Shown: positions 47,530-57,633 of the stretch, piece by piece
Layout: every line of letters begins with the position of its first letter
How positions within the stretch are numbered: the stretch's first letter is position 1
DNA from: Myxococcota bacterium
Lineage (GTDB): Bacteria; Myxococcota_A; UBA9160; UBA6930
DNA length: 64,000 nucleotides
Reading direction: 5' to 3'
NCBI GenBank assembly: GCA_965223705.1
Contig: OZ245015.1
Location: forward strand, 3,648,001-3,712,000
Notes under the pieces: generated by a model
What the model was told of the DNA's origin: nothing
The model's input: the letters and a program-made list of their open reading frames with translations, nothing else
Databases searched by the model: none
Translations under genes and position numbers: made by a program

Positions 47530-47619
47530 GCGCTTGGCATACTATCCCAAGGGCTTTCGCACCTAGCGCTAGCTGTCAGAGCGCTTGGAGTTTTTGGCCT
47601 TCACTGCACAGGTGGCTGT

Positions 47620-47783
47620 TTGTGAGTCCCGTGTGAGTCCAGGGCTTATTCGGACTCGAAAAACCCAAAGATTCCGGTTAGTTATTGGTGGAGGCGGCGG
47701 GAATCGAACCCGTCGCTTGAGAAATAATCTGTTTTGTTTTCGGTACCTTACGAGGCTGGAGTTGTGAGTCCGGTGTGAGTCCC
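47620..47783 (-). repeat. attP-like junction: 27-bp tmRNA 3' copy (47686-47712) with TGTGAGTCC pairs on both sides
   Basis: Pairs at 47621-47640 and 47763-47783. Confidence 0.88.
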
Positions 47784-48150
47784 AACGTTGAGCGGCGTCA
47801 CGAAATCGTCTCTCATCCTATACGCCGAGGACGATCCTCCAGAGACAAGGGCGTCTAGGATGAGCAAAACTGACGCACGCAACTTGGGGTTTGATTTCAG
47901 CCTCCCGGGCTCTCCGCAAACGAAGCTCGGCAGGGTCGCCTCCAGGTTAAACCTTATCCCCCAGCTCGACGCCATCGTCTCCGCGTCCCCTCGCTCAAGT
48001 ATCGAAGCAACAACGATGAACGCCTCGGGTAGAGTGCCCCGGCCGATCGTGCGAAGGAACCTCGAGAAGGCCTCTAGCGTCAATTGTGACGCTGGCAAGC
48101 TTTCCGCCAAACGAAGAACTCGGGACTCGTGACCCTCGGCCACCGGTATT
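47748..48150 (-). pseudogene. C-terminal fragment of a large helical protein, possibly STAND/Avs4-like
   Basis: LRASVLLILDALVSGGSSSAYRMRDDF resembles my recollection of Avs4-type C-termini; no convincing start. Confidence 0.35.
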
Positions 48151-48439
48151 TCGGGGCCGGGGGAAGAGCACAAACAGCAGCGAAAACCTGCTCTTTGCCT
48201 TAAGTGTCCGACGAGGCGGTGGGTTGCTCGGCACAGGAGCATCTGAGTTGCGCACCTGAAACGCCTGCACTTACTGGCTCGCCAGGCGTCCGGTAAAAGG
48301 CGCTGCCCCCATGGTTCCGTTTTTAATGGAGGGGGTCTTCCGAAGGAGGCGACGGATCTGGTCCACCCCCCTTGAAAAGCAGAGGAGCTCCTGCGTTTCC
48401 AGGCCGACGCCGCAGGCTCCGGATTGCCACTGCGGGCAT

Positions 48440-48670
48440 TATCGCAGAGATGGGTCCGCCCGCGATCAACTCGGGCGGTGCTTCGAGGGGCGGCATTCCC
48501 AGCGCAGTTCGATAGTTGTTGTGGAGATGGTGGAGCGCGGACTCACTGCGGCCGTTGAAGTGGTAGATCTCGCCGAAGGTGTCGTTCACGATTTTCCAAT
48601 TGAGCGGCATCTCGAGGGTCGATTCGCCGATTCGCTCCGCCCGATGAAACTCCCACTGCGAGAGCTATTT
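48440..48670 (-). pseudogene. Internally deleted Rieske oxygenase alpha-subunit fragment
   Basis: NWKIVNDTFGEIYHF joined directly to GRSESALHHLH..YR.ALG. Confidence 0.65.
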
Positions 48671-48760
48671 TGACAACGATAACTTCCGGGCAAGCTGCAC
48701 GTCCGGTTTTTGCGAGAACAGCATGGCTAAGAGGCGTCTTGAGCCCTCGGGAGACTATCT

Positions 48761-49909
48761 TTGAAACGTGAGATTTTTGATCAGGAACATCATCTCTTCC
48801 GCGAACAGGTGCGGCGCTTCGTTCGAGAAGAAGTTGAGCCGCTTCTCCCAGAATGGAACGAAGCGGGCATGAGCGACCGCGAGACGTGGAAGCGCGCGGG
48901 CGAACAGGGCCTGCTCGGTGTGAACTTGCCCGAAGCCTACGGGGGAGCCGACGCCGGCTTTCTCTACTCGGTCATCGTGATGGAGGAGCTGACTTACGCT
49001 CGCGCCCACGGCCTGGACACAGGCCTTCATGCCGACGTGTGCGTGCCCTATCTCAATTCCTTCGGCAGCGACGATCAGAAAGAGCGCTATCTAGCGGGCA
49101 CCATCTCCGGCGAGATTCTCATGGGCATCTGTATGACCGAACCGGGCACCGGTTCGGACCTCGCCAGTATACAGACCACCGCCCTTCGCGATGGCGACCA
49201 CTACGTGCTGAACGGTTCGAAGACCTTCATTTCGAACGGACAGATCGGTGATCTGTATGTCGTCGTTGCGAAGACCGATCCTTCCGCGACTCCCCGTCAC
49301 AAGGGAGTGAGTTTGCTGCTGGTAGAAGCGTCGACTCCGGGCTTCGTGCGCGGGCGCAAGCTCGACAAACTGGGCCTTCACGCGCAGGACACCAGCGAGA
49401 TCTTCTTTCAGGATTGCCGGGTCCCTGCGAAGAACATCTTAGGAGGCGAGGGCCAAGGGTTTGCCATGCTGATGGACAAGCTCCAACAGGAACGGTTGGT
49501 GGTCGCCGTTCGATCCATCGCTTCCTGTCGGCGCGCCCTCGATGACACCATCGAGTACGTGAAAGAGCGCAAAGCTTTTGGCAAACGCATCGCGGATTTT
49601 CAGAACACGCAGTTCAAGCTGGCCGAACTCTCTACGGAGGTTGAGATCGGACAGGTCTTCATCGATCGCTTGTGTGCCGCCCACGTGGCGGGAGACGACA
49701 TCGTCACCGAGGTCAGCGGCGCCAAGTATTGGGCCACGGACCTCCAGAAGAAAGTTGCGGCCGAGTGCCTGCAGCTCCACGGAGGCTACGGCTTTATGAC
49801 GGAGTATCCGATCTCGGGAGACTACGCAGATGCGGCTGTACAGTCGATCTACGCCGGAACGAACGAGATCATGAAAGTCATCATCGCGAAGCGGATCGGG
49901 CTCGGATAG
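48761..49909 (+). CDS. Acyl-CoA dehydrogenase
   Basis: MTEPGTGSDL, NGSKTFISNG, QLHGGYG and IYAGTNEIM motifs. Confidence 0.96.
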   Translation: MKREIFDQEHHLFREQVRRFVREEVEPLLPEWNEAGMSDRETWKRAGEQGLLGVNLPEAYGGADAGFLYSVIVMEELTYARAHGLDTGLHADVCVPYLNSFGSDDQKERYLAGTISGEILMGICMTEPGTGSDLASIQTTALRDGDHYVLNGSKTFISNGQIGDLYVVVAKTDPSATPRHKGVSLLLVEASTPGFVRGRKLDKLGLHAQDTSEIFFQDCRVPAKNILGGEGQGFAMLMDKLQQERLVVAVRSIASCRRALDDTIEYVKERKAFGKRIADFQNTQFKLAELSTEVEIGQVFIDRLCAAHVAGDDIVTEVSGAKYWATDLQKKVAAECLQLHGGYGFMTEYPISGDYADAAVQSIYAGTNEIMKVIIAKRIGLG

Positions 49910-49927
49910 TTCTTCCGCGGGCGGCGT

Positions 49928-51091
49928 CTATTCCCAGAAAGTCCAACCCTTGCGCGTGGGCGACGCGCACGCGTTGTAGGCGTTCGGGTCGATCGGCTGC
50001 ATGAGTCCGGTCGTTGTCTCGCCTTCGCAGGTGACTCGGCACAGGTGCTCGTCGAGACCGACCAACGAGGCTCGGACCTCCGGGATGTTCACGTCGAAGA
50101 CATCGCCCTCGATGAGCTCTTCCTCGCCGGTATAGCCGCCCTGGTGGATTCCTTTGTCGGGAGTACCACCGTACATCCCACAGCGAAGGTAAGCCGTCTG
50201 GTTCCCGATGCGCTCGTATTCAAGCCGCTTCACCTCACCGGAGTCGAGTGTGTAGTCGACGAGTCCGGCGAGAAAGATCTTCGTGTCCTCCTCAAATCGG
50301 AAGCGTCGGTCGACCTCGACCACACGGCCCGCTCCCGGTCGCGAATCCCCGAAGTGGTAAAACGCTTTGTCGCCCCAGATCGTGAAGTTCTTGAAAGCCA
50401 CGAAGCTGTTGCCGGAGACCCCGACGTGCATCCGTCCACCGAGAGAAAGCTCGGGGCCTCCCACCCCTCGACCGATTCCCCAATGGCGATCGCGGGTGCC
50501 CCGCGCCGTACCCGATTTCAGCTCGACGCGTTCCCCTTCGATGTCGACCCACCCCTCGACCTCGCCAAAGCTCTCAAAGCCCGTGGTGACGTCGGGACGG
50601 CGGCCCTTCGGGAAGCCCCGATCGATCGGAAGCGTGGGCTCGCGGAACACTTGGCGCGTCGTGTCGGTGAAGTTGATCTCGAAGCTGATGCCCCATTCGT
50701 TCGGCTCGAGCACGTAACGCCAAAGACGCATCCCCTCGAGCACCCGAGGCGCGATCGGCCCCAACCGCATGTCCATCCGGTCCGCGCCAAGGCGGCGGAA
50801 AGCGCGCACGGTGCGGTGGACTCCCTTGTAATTGACGATGGCGTAGGCCTCGGCGCGGTCGAGGTTCGGGTAGAAGCTGCAGCCCGTCGCGACGAGAATC
50901 TCACCGCCGTCGTCGTGGCAGACCATCCAGTACCGCTCGTAGGCCCGCGGATCGCTTGTCATCATCACGCGGATCGGATCCGTGGTCTGATGAATCATGA
51001 AGTCGTCGATTGGCGAGAGTGGGAACTGCTCGGCGAAGTGCGGGTCGTCGCCAATCGTGAGCTTCGGCTGCTGCGAGCGGTCGGATGTCAT
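49928..51091 (-). CDS. Hypothetical beta-rich protein
   Basis: DDFMIHQT, YERYW, YPNL and RDRHWGI motifs. Confidence 0.75.
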   Translation of the reverse strand: MTSDRSQQPKLTIGDDPHFAEQFPLSPIDDFMIHQTTDPIRVMMTSDPRAYERYWMVCHDDGGEILVATGCSFYPNLDRAEAYAIVNYKGVHRTVRAFRRLGADRMDMRLGPIAPRVLEGMRLWRYVLEPNEWGISFEINFTDTTRQVFREPTLPIDRGFPKGRRPDVTTGFESFGEVEGWVDIEGERVELKSGTARGTRDRHWGIGRGVGGPELSLGGRMHVGVSGNSFVAFKNFTIWGDKAFYHFGDSRPGAGRVVEVDRRFRFEEDTKIFLAGLVDYTLDSGEVKRLEYERIGNQTAYLRCGMYGGTPDKGIHQGGYTGEEELIEGDVFDVNIPEVRASLVGLDEHLCRVTCEGETTTGLMQPIDPNAYNACASPTRKGWTFWE

Positions 51092-51116
51092 TGCGGGTCC
51101 TCGTGGATAGGTTTCG

Positions 51117-51548
51117 TCATCGGCTGGTTCGGCCAGCGAAGGGATCGCGAGCGATCCTCTCTCGTAAATGGGCAGCGATTTCGGCGCGCGCCGCCGTCGA
51201 CTGGGGCGGCAGGGCTTGAATCACCTCGGCGAGTAGACCGCGCAGTTCCTTGTTGCGGTCGTGAGCGGCGCGCGCTGACAGCGGATCGATCGCGCTTTCG
51301 GGCGCGGCCCGAATGCGGGAAGCGATCTCCTCGGGCAGCTGATCGGCGAGCCTTTCCAAGAGCTCCGACGTCGCGGCATTGTCCCAGGTGAAGAAGGGCA
51401 ACATCTCCGCCCACGAACCGGCGATGCGCCGAAGTGTACCCGCGGCCGTGCGCAACCGATCCCCAGACGGGTCGTCCGCATGGCGCTCTAGTGTCCGATC
51501 GATCAATCGGGCAATTCCCTCGAGTTGCTCGTCGATGGTCGGGTGCAT
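51117..51548 (-). CDS. Hypothetical helical protein
   Basis: AAGGAG RBS directly after the phosphotransferase gene. Confidence 0.65.
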   Translation of the reverse strand: MHPTIDEQLEGIARLIDRTLERHADDPSGDRLRTAAGTLRRIAGSWAEMLPFFTWDNAATSELLERLADQLPEEIASRIRAAPESAIDPLSARAAHDRNKELRGLLAEVIQALPPQSTAARAEIAAHLRERIARDPFAGRTSR

Positions 51549-51559
51549 GCCGGATCTCC

Positions 51560-52552
51560 TTACGACTCCATCAGGTCGAGCCCGGCCAGCACACAGCCGT
51601 TGGTTAGCCGGTACATGATCTCGGTTCGGTCGGCGAGATAGGATCGGAGGCCGGTGACTTGCATAACCGCCGTCTTGAAGCACGCCATCGTGTTCCACCA
51701 GCGCACGGCCTCGAGGTCGACCTCGATGTTTGCGCGGGCAGCGTAACGTTCGAAGAGCTGCTCCCGCTCCCACGCGCCGGGAATGAGATGTTCGCGGGTG
51801 CGCAGAGGTTGAGTGATCCAACCGATGTCATCCAGCGGATCGCCCAGGTGCGTGAGCTCCCAGTCGAGCAGAAGAACGACTTCATCGTCTTCGTCGAGAA
51901 GAATGTTCCCCGCTTTGAAGTCGCCATGCACCAGGACCGTTCGCTGGGAACGCGGGGCGTTGGCGGCCAGCCAGTCGATCATGAGCTCGAGCTCGGGCAG
52001 CGGTTCGATCTGGTCCGCACGCAGGACGCCGATCCATTGGTCGAGGGAGGCCCGGGCCGCGTCGGGCCCGGGATCGGAAAGAACCGCATCGACCTCGAGG
52101 GCTTTCCAATCGACGCGGTGAATGTCGGCCAACAGGTCGCACAGTCGTTCGGCCAACGCGACGCGACGCTCGAGTGGCCATGCGCCGTTGATGGCGAAGT
52201 AATCGCAGTGGCCGGTTCCGCGCTCCATAATAAGGGAGGGTCGTCCGAGCTCGCTCCCGTCAGGATCGAGCCAGAGGGCCCGCGGCGCCGGAATGAAACT
52301 TGGCTCGATCGCCTGGAGAACCGCGAACTCGGTTCGACGGTCGCTTTCGAGCAGACCCCCTTCCGGGTCCCGTCGCGCGATGAGGGGTCGAGTGTGGGTC
52401 TGGCCGTTTTCAACCCAGCTGAGATCGAAGATCCAGTTCTCGCGGGACAAGCCCGTCGAGACTCGCTCCACCTCGCCAACGTTCAATTCCGATGCGTGCG
52501 GGAGTTGTCGAGCCAAGAAAGACACGAGCAACGACTCGACATCTGCAACCAA
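51560..52552 (-). CDS. APH-family phosphotransferase (ACAD10/11 N-terminal-like)
   Basis: GLSRE, VHGDFKAGN and LDWELTHLGDP motifs. Confidence 0.92.
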   Translation of the reverse strand: MVADVESLLVSFLARQLPHASELNVGEVERVSTGLSRENWIFDLSWVENGQTHTRPLIARRDPEGGLLESDRRTEFAVLQAIEPSFIPAPRALWLDPDGSELGRPSLIMERGTGHCDYFAINGAWPLERRVALAERLCDLLADIHRVDWKALEVDAVLSDPGPDAARASLDQWIGVLRADQIEPLPELELMIDWLAANAPRSQRTVLVHGDFKAGNILLDEDDEVVLLLDWELTHLGDPLDDIGWITQPLRTREHLIPGAWEREQLFERYAARANIEVDLEAVRWWNTMACFKTAVMQVTGLRSYLADRTEIMYRLTNGCVLAGLDLMES

Positions 52553-52587
52553 CCTTCGATCTCCAACGAGCGCGCGAGCGTAGTCAC

Positions 52588-53355
52588 CTAGGCGCGAGCG
52601 AGTTGACCCAGTTTCGACTTGAGGGTGCGTAAAGCGTTCTTGTTCGCACCCTTGATCGCTTCCATCGTGGGCGGTTTCTCGCTGATATCACCGAGCTCGG
52701 CGAGCGCGACGTGAACTTCGTCGTGGCCTTCGACTCGCTTCATCCTCTCCATCCAACCGCGGACCTTCGGATAGGGATCGAAGTCGTAGACGTTTGTGAA
52801 GCCGGGTTGCAGCTGACCGATCTCGACATACGCAGCGAAATCGGCCAAAGAAAGATCTTCCCCCGCCAGGTAAGAAGACTCGGCCAGCCAGCCGGTTTCC
52901 ATCCCTTGCAGTGCCCGTGTCAGAGTCGCTTCCGCGGCGCGCTGAGTCGACTCGGGAATATCGAGATCTTTTCGAATCTTGGGAGCAACGAGACCGATGG
53001 AGGCTTCCCGAACGCTGCGATGGTGGGCGTGCAAGTACCAATCCACCTTGGCTCGGCGCTCGAGATCCTCGGGATAGACGTCCGCCCACCCGTACTTGCG
53101 ACTCAGGTATCCCATGATCGCGTGCGCCTCGGCGAGGACGAAGCCGGTGTCCGGCTCTTCGATCATGGGAATCGTCCCTGCAGGATTCTTCGCGAGATAC
53201 TTCGGGTTCCGGCTTCCGGACTCTCCCTCCGAGCCCGGGTTGATCAAAATCATTTCGAACGGGGTTCGCTTGTACAGCATCAGCCACATCACAGCCCGCA
53301 CGGGTTGCGAGAACGGGACGCCATACGACAAGAGAGGTCGTGCGTTGGAAGTCAT
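52588..53355 (-). CDS. Glutathione S-transferase (theta-like)
   Basis: SQPVRAV, NPAGTIP and LSLADF motifs. Confidence 0.9.
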   Translation of the reverse strand: MTSNARPLLSYGVPFSQPVRAVMWLMLYKRTPFEMILINPGSEGESGSRNPKYLAKNPAGTIPMIEEPDTGFVLAEAHAIMGYLSRKYGWADVYPEDLERRAKVDWYLHAHHRSVREASIGLVAPKIRKDLDIPESTQRAAEATLTRALQGMETGWLAESSYLAGEDLSLADFAAYVEIGQLQPGFTNVYDFDPYPKVRGWMERMKRVEGHDEVHVALAELGDISEKPPTMEAIKGANKNALRTLKSKLGQLARA

Positions 53356-53451
53356 CGGTACTAGAGCCCGGGACAGAATAACTCGCGATGCCCTAGAGAA
53401 ACCCTAGATCGGGTACTTTTCCACCACCACTCGCGAAAAGAAGGAAATCGA

Positions 53452-54540
53452 ATGGAACTCGGCTATTTCATGATGCCGCTGCACCATGCGGAGAGCATCT
53501 ACCACGACACCCTCCAAGAAGATATCGAAGCGGTGGTGTATGCGGATGAGCTCGGATTCAGCGAAGCCTGGGTAGGCGAACATTACTCGGCCGCTGTCGA
53601 ACAGATCACCTCCCCGCTCCTCTTCCACGCGAACCTGATCGCGAGGACGAAGCAGATCAAGCTGGCGACGGGCGTCATTTGCTTGCCGCAATACCACCCC
53701 GCCGTGGTCGCCGGGCAAGCCGCGATGTTTGATCACCTGAGCGAGGGCCGCTTCATCATGGGTGTCGGTCCCGGTGGCCTCCCTTCGGATTTCGAGCTGT
53801 TTGGCGTGTTGAAGAAGGATCGTATGGCGATGGCTGAGGAATCCATCCGACAGATCCTCGCGCTGTGGTCGCAGGAGCCGCCCTACGAGATCTCGGGGGA
53901 ACACTGGAACATTGAGATGAGCCAGTGGACGCAGCACGACATCAAACTCGGTTACCTCCCGCGTCCCTACCAACAACCTCACCCGCCTATTGCTATTTCA
54001 GCGGTGAGTCCTGCTTCTGGATCGCTGCGCTACGCGGGGACCCAGGGGTTCATGCCCGTTTCGGCGAACTTCATTGCCGACTGGGTGCTGGAGACGCACT
54101 GGCCCGCCTACGCGGAGGGGGCCGAGAGCGCCGGTCTTACCCCGGACCCGAAGGATTGGCATGTCGCGCGAAGCATCTATGTCGCAGAAACGGATGCCGA
54201 GGCCGAGCAGTTCGTGGACCAAAGCGGTGGGGCGTACGCCTACTACTACGAATATCTGTTCAAGATCTTCGACCGCTCGAAATATCGAGGCCCTTTCGTC
54301 GCGCACCGCGATGACGATCCCGAGACTCTAGACCCCGAAACAATGCGTGAGGCTTGTGTCATCCACGGCAGCCCCGAAACCGTTGCCGAGAAGGTTCTTC
54401 AAATGCGCGATCGCATCGGCGACTTCGGCACCCTCCTCTATGCTGCACACGACTGGCAGGACAAGGACGCAATGAAGCGATCGATGCGTCTCATGGCTGA
54501 AGAGGTGATGCCGAACATCAACCGCCAGCTGCAGCCCTAG
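53452..54540 (+). CDS. LLM-class flavin-dependent monooxygenase
   Basis: GFSEAWVGEH, IKLATGV, DHLSEGRF and PYQQPHPP motifs. Confidence 0.93.
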   Translation: MELGYFMMPLHHAESIYHDTLQEDIEAVVYADELGFSEAWVGEHYSAAVEQITSPLLFHANLIARTKQIKLATGVICLPQYHPAVVAGQAAMFDHLSEGRFIMGVGPGGLPSDFELFGVLKKDRMAMAEESIRQILALWSQEPPYEISGEHWNIEMSQWTQHDIKLGYLPRPYQQPHPPIAISAVSPASGSLRYAGTQGFMPVSANFIADWVLETHWPAYAEGAESAGLTPDPKDWHVARSIYVAETDAEAEQFVDQSGGAYAYYYEYLFKIFDRSKYRGPFVAHRDDDPETLDPETMREACVIHGSPETVAEKVLQMRDRIGDFGTLLYAAHDWQDKDAMKRSMRLMAEEVMPNINRQLQP

Positions 54541-56138
54541 CGGAGCTCGAACCCCTCGTAGCCCTTCGCGGCGACGTCGGCAAAGATCTCGCGGTAGAGC
54601 GGCACACCTCCCGCAAAGAGCAGGAAGCGACCGCGGACGTTCTCGTCGTTGTTGGTTCCGAAAAACCACGAGTCCTGCATCTCCTCGATGAGTAGACCCT
54701 TCAGGGAGTCGTAGCAGCGCTGGGTCCAGGCTTCTTCCGCTTCGGCCGTGGTGACGATGCTGTTGTAGCCGTTCTCGCGCACGTAGCGGATACAGTCGAC
54801 AATCCACTCGACGTTGTTCTCAACGCAACGCGTGATGTTGCAGAACGTCGCCGGGTTGTGGGGACCCATGACAGCGAACATGTTGGGAAAGCCCGAGAAC
54901 TGAACGCCCAGGTTGGTCTTGGGCCCATCGGACCAGTGTTCGCGAAGCGAACGCCCTCCTTCGCCGTAAATGTCCATCCGCATCAGCTCGCCGGTGAGGG
55001 CTTGGAAGCCGGTGGCATAAATGATGATGTCGAGGTCGTGGTGCTCGTCTCCCGTCTGGATTCCGGTAGGCGTGATCTTTGAGATCGGTGTCGCGCGCAG
55101 GTCGATGAGCGCCACGTTGTCGCGGTTGAACTGCTCGTAATAGTCCCGCTCTCCCGGGCAGCGCTTGGTGCCGAAGGTGTGGCTCTTGGGAATGAGCTTC
55201 TCAGCGATCTCCGGGTCGTCGACCCGTTCTCGGATCTTCTCGGCCAGAAACTCCGAGACCTCTCCCGCGACTTCAGCGGAGGTGAACGTGTCGGTGTAGT
55301 TGCCGAGCCACAGCGCGAACCCGCCGCGGTCGTAGAGCTCCTGGTAGCGCGCCATGCGTTCGGCTTTGGGCACGCCTTCGCTGGGGATGGAGTCATCTCC
55401 GTGGATGAAACCCGCGAAGGTGCGCTTGCACACATCGAAGATCTCATGCGCCCGCTCTTTCAGTTCGCGCTGTTCCTCCGGATCGATCGGGCGGTTGCGC
55501 AGCGGCGTGCACCAGTTGGCCGTGCGCTGGAACACCGTGAGGTGTTCCGCTTCTTTAGCGACCTCCTGGATGACCTGAACGGCCGTGGGGCCACTCCCGA
55601 TGACGCCGACCCGCTTTCCGGTGAAATCGATCGGCTCCTTGGGCCACCGCGCCGTGTGGAGCGACAACCCTTCGAAGCTTTCAACCCCCTCGTAGTCGGG
55701 GAGCTGGTGAGCCGACAGCAACCCCGTAGCTGCAATCACGAAGTGTGCCCGCGCGCGCTGACCGTCTTCGGTCTCGATCTCCCATTGCTTCTCTGCCTCG
55801 TCGTAAGTCACGGTGCGAACGCGAGCGTTGAGTTCGATATCGCGCTTCAGATCCAACTTGTCGGCGACAAAGTGGAGGTAGCGCTCGATCTCGGGCTGTG
55901 CAGCAAAGTGCTCGCTCCACTCCCATTCATCGAGGAGTTCCTGCGAGAACGAGTACTGGTAGCTGTAACTCTCGGAATCGAATCGGGCACCCGGGTAGCG
56001 GTTCCAATACCAGGTGCCTCCGATTCCGGTTCCCGCCTCGAAGACTCGAGCTGAGAGGCCGAGCTCGCGCAGGCAGTGGAGCGAGTAGAGGCCGGAAACC
56101 CCGGCACCGATTACGATCGCGTCATACGTCTGTGTCAT
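54537..56138 (-). CDS. Baeyer-Villiger monooxygenase
   Basis: GAGVSG, GGTWYWNRYPGAR and FEGLSLHTARWP fingerprint. Confidence 0.95.
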   Translation of the reverse strand: MTQTYDAIVIGAGVSGLYSLHCLRELGLSARVFEAGTGIGGTWYWNRYPGARFDSESYSYQYSFSQELLDEWEWSEHFAAQPEIERYLHFVADKLDLKRDIELNARVRTVTYDEAEKQWEIETEDGQRARAHFVIAATGLLSAHQLPDYEGVESFEGLSLHTARWPKEPIDFTGKRVGVIGSGPTAVQVIQEVAKEAEHLTVFQRTANWCTPLRNRPIDPEEQRELKERAHEIFDVCKRTFAGFIHGDDSIPSEGVPKAERMARYQELYDRGGFALWLGNYTDTFTSAEVAGEVSEFLAEKIRERVDDPEIAEKLIPKSHTFGTKRCPGERDYYEQFNRDNVALIDLRATPISKITPTGIQTGDEHHDLDIIIYATGFQALTGELMRMDIYGEGGRSLREHWSDGPKTNLGVQFSGFPNMFAVMGPHNPATFCNITRCVENNVEWIVDCIRYVRENGYNSIVTTAEAEEAWTQRCYDSLKGLLIEEMQDSWFFGTNNDENVRGRFLLFAGGVPLYREIFADVAAKGYEGFELR

Positions 56139-56451
56139 TGAATGCGTCCTTCTGATTGAGTCGCGAGAGGCCGCCTTTGGCCGGTCGTGCGGAGGTGCGC
56201 CATTCGGCGGGGGCCTCTCCAACTTCGAGACGAAGCTCCAGCGCGGATTGCCCGATCCGCTCCGAGCGAATCACCAAGTGGTTCTGCTCTTCGTCCACAC
56301 TGACAACAAAATTCAGCGCTAAGCGAATCTCGGCGTCTCCCGGACGACGCGCCTGATCGATGCCCGCGCGGACGAGCACCTCGTCCAGGATCGCTTCGCC
56401 GAGATCCTGATAAGCGATGACCGGATCGTCCACGGTTTCGGTCTTCTTCAC
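56122..56451 (-). CDS. Hypothetical protein
   Basis: Overlaps neighbours in operon fashion. Confidence 0.5.
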   Translation of the reverse strand: MKKTETVDDPVIAYQDLGEAILDEVLVRAGIDQARRPGDAEIRLALNFVVSVDEEQNHLVIRSERIGQSALELRLEVGEAPAEWRTSARPAKGGLSRLNQKDAFNDTDV

Positions 56452-57629
56452 GACGACTCCGATAACGCGTCGAGGTCGTCGATCGCAACGGTGATCCGCC
56501 GAATCATCTCCATCGAAATCGACTCGGGTTGCATGTCAGGCAGCGTGGGCGGTGGGCACAAGGTGGGTGTCCACATCAGCAGCGCGGCAAAGGTTTGTCG
56601 GCGGTACCCATCCCACGCGGTGGCTGTGTCAATGGTCTTGCCCGAAACCTCTCCCAAGCGCGCACAGTAGTGTTCGATGAGCTTCTCTTCCCAGGCGCGC
56701 CGGTCCTCGACGGTGAGGGTTGTGCTCAAAGCGTAGGCAAGGTCCCGCGCCCAATGGCCCCGGCAGACCCGCGCCCAGTCGCTGAGCCCCATGCGACCGT
56801 CTTCGGTGACGTACCAATTGCCCAAATGCACGTCGGAGTGGATCACCGTTCTTGGGTGGTCGTCGTGCATTCGAAGCGATTCCACCGCGGCGGGCCAGAT
56901 CCGGGATTTTCGTGCGGTCACCCCGGCGGGGACCACGTCGGCCGCCCGTTCCATCGCTCGGTCGTGTCCGTCCTCGATTCGGTTTCTCGCTGCGGCGTGA
57001 AAAAAGTCTTCGTAGGTTCGCAGGAACCCGACGTCGTACGCGTGCGACGGGTTCAAGAACGTTCCGTGCAACGTCGCCAACGTATCCACCACCTGAGTGG
57101 CCTGGTCTTGGTCGATGGTCCAGTTGACGACTTCGCAGAAGTCGGCGCCCCGAGTGGTGGTCAGGTCTTCCATCAGATGGAACGACCGACCCGTGCGTAC
57201 GTCGCGCGCCGTGTAGAGACAGCGGGGCGCCTCGATGGGGAGAGCCGGTCGGAGATCGGTCAAAAAGCGGCCCTCCGAGGGCGCCGACTTTCCTGCGGAC
57301 AGTCGCATCGGAAGTGTTGGGGTCGCTTTCGCGAACAATCGATCGGGGAGTCCTGCGGAACGCCCGGCTTCGTTCCAGGTCACCGAGAGGATGCGGCGCG
57401 CGCTCGAGCCGTTGTCACCGCCCACGACCTCGACGCGTTCGACCTCGGCGCCCGGGGTCCCCGCGCCCACGACGTTTGTCAGCCACTCCGGCGTGACCGC
57501 CTCGCCGTGCCAGGGGACATCGCTCGGAACGCTCGGGCTCGGCCGCCGGATGTTGTCCGAGATCGCGTATGCGGCGATGCGTGCTCGGCTCGGCAGGGTC
57601 GACGCGTCGATGACCGTGGCGCTCGTCAT
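56448..57629 (-). CDS. APH/ecdysteroid-kinase-like phosphotransferase
   Basis: VTPEWLT, LMEDL, HSDVHLGN and DW motifs. Confidence 0.87.
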   Translation of the reverse strand: MTSATVIDASTLPSRARIAAYAISDNIRRPSPSVPSDVPWHGEAVTPEWLTNVVGAGTPGAEVERVEVVGGDNGSSARRILSVTWNEAGRSAGLPDRLFAKATPTLPMRLSAGKSAPSEGRFLTDLRPALPIEAPRCLYTARDVRTGRSFHLMEDLTTTRGADFCEVVNWTIDQDQATQVVDTLATLHGTFLNPSHAYDVGFLRTYEDFFHAAARNRIEDGHDRAMERAADVVPAGVTARKSRIWPAAVESLRMHDDHPRTVIHSDVHLGNWYVTEDGRMGLSDWARVCRGHWARDLAYALSTTLTVEDRRAWEEKLIEHYCARLGEVSGKTIDTATAWDGYRRQTFAALLMWTPTLCPPPTLPDMQPESISMEMIRRITVAIDDLDALSESS

Positions 57630-57633
57630 GGTC

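Larger units (their letters stand above)
39286..47712. mobile_element. 8.4-kb tmRNA-integrated island with no integrase gene
   Basis: Flanked by direct copies of the tmRNA 3' end at 39286 and 47686. Confidence 0.75.

Noticed and set aside
48305..48380. Possible IS end (GGGGG...CCCCC inverted tracts)
   Set aside because: No convincing terminal inverted repeat pair or transposase
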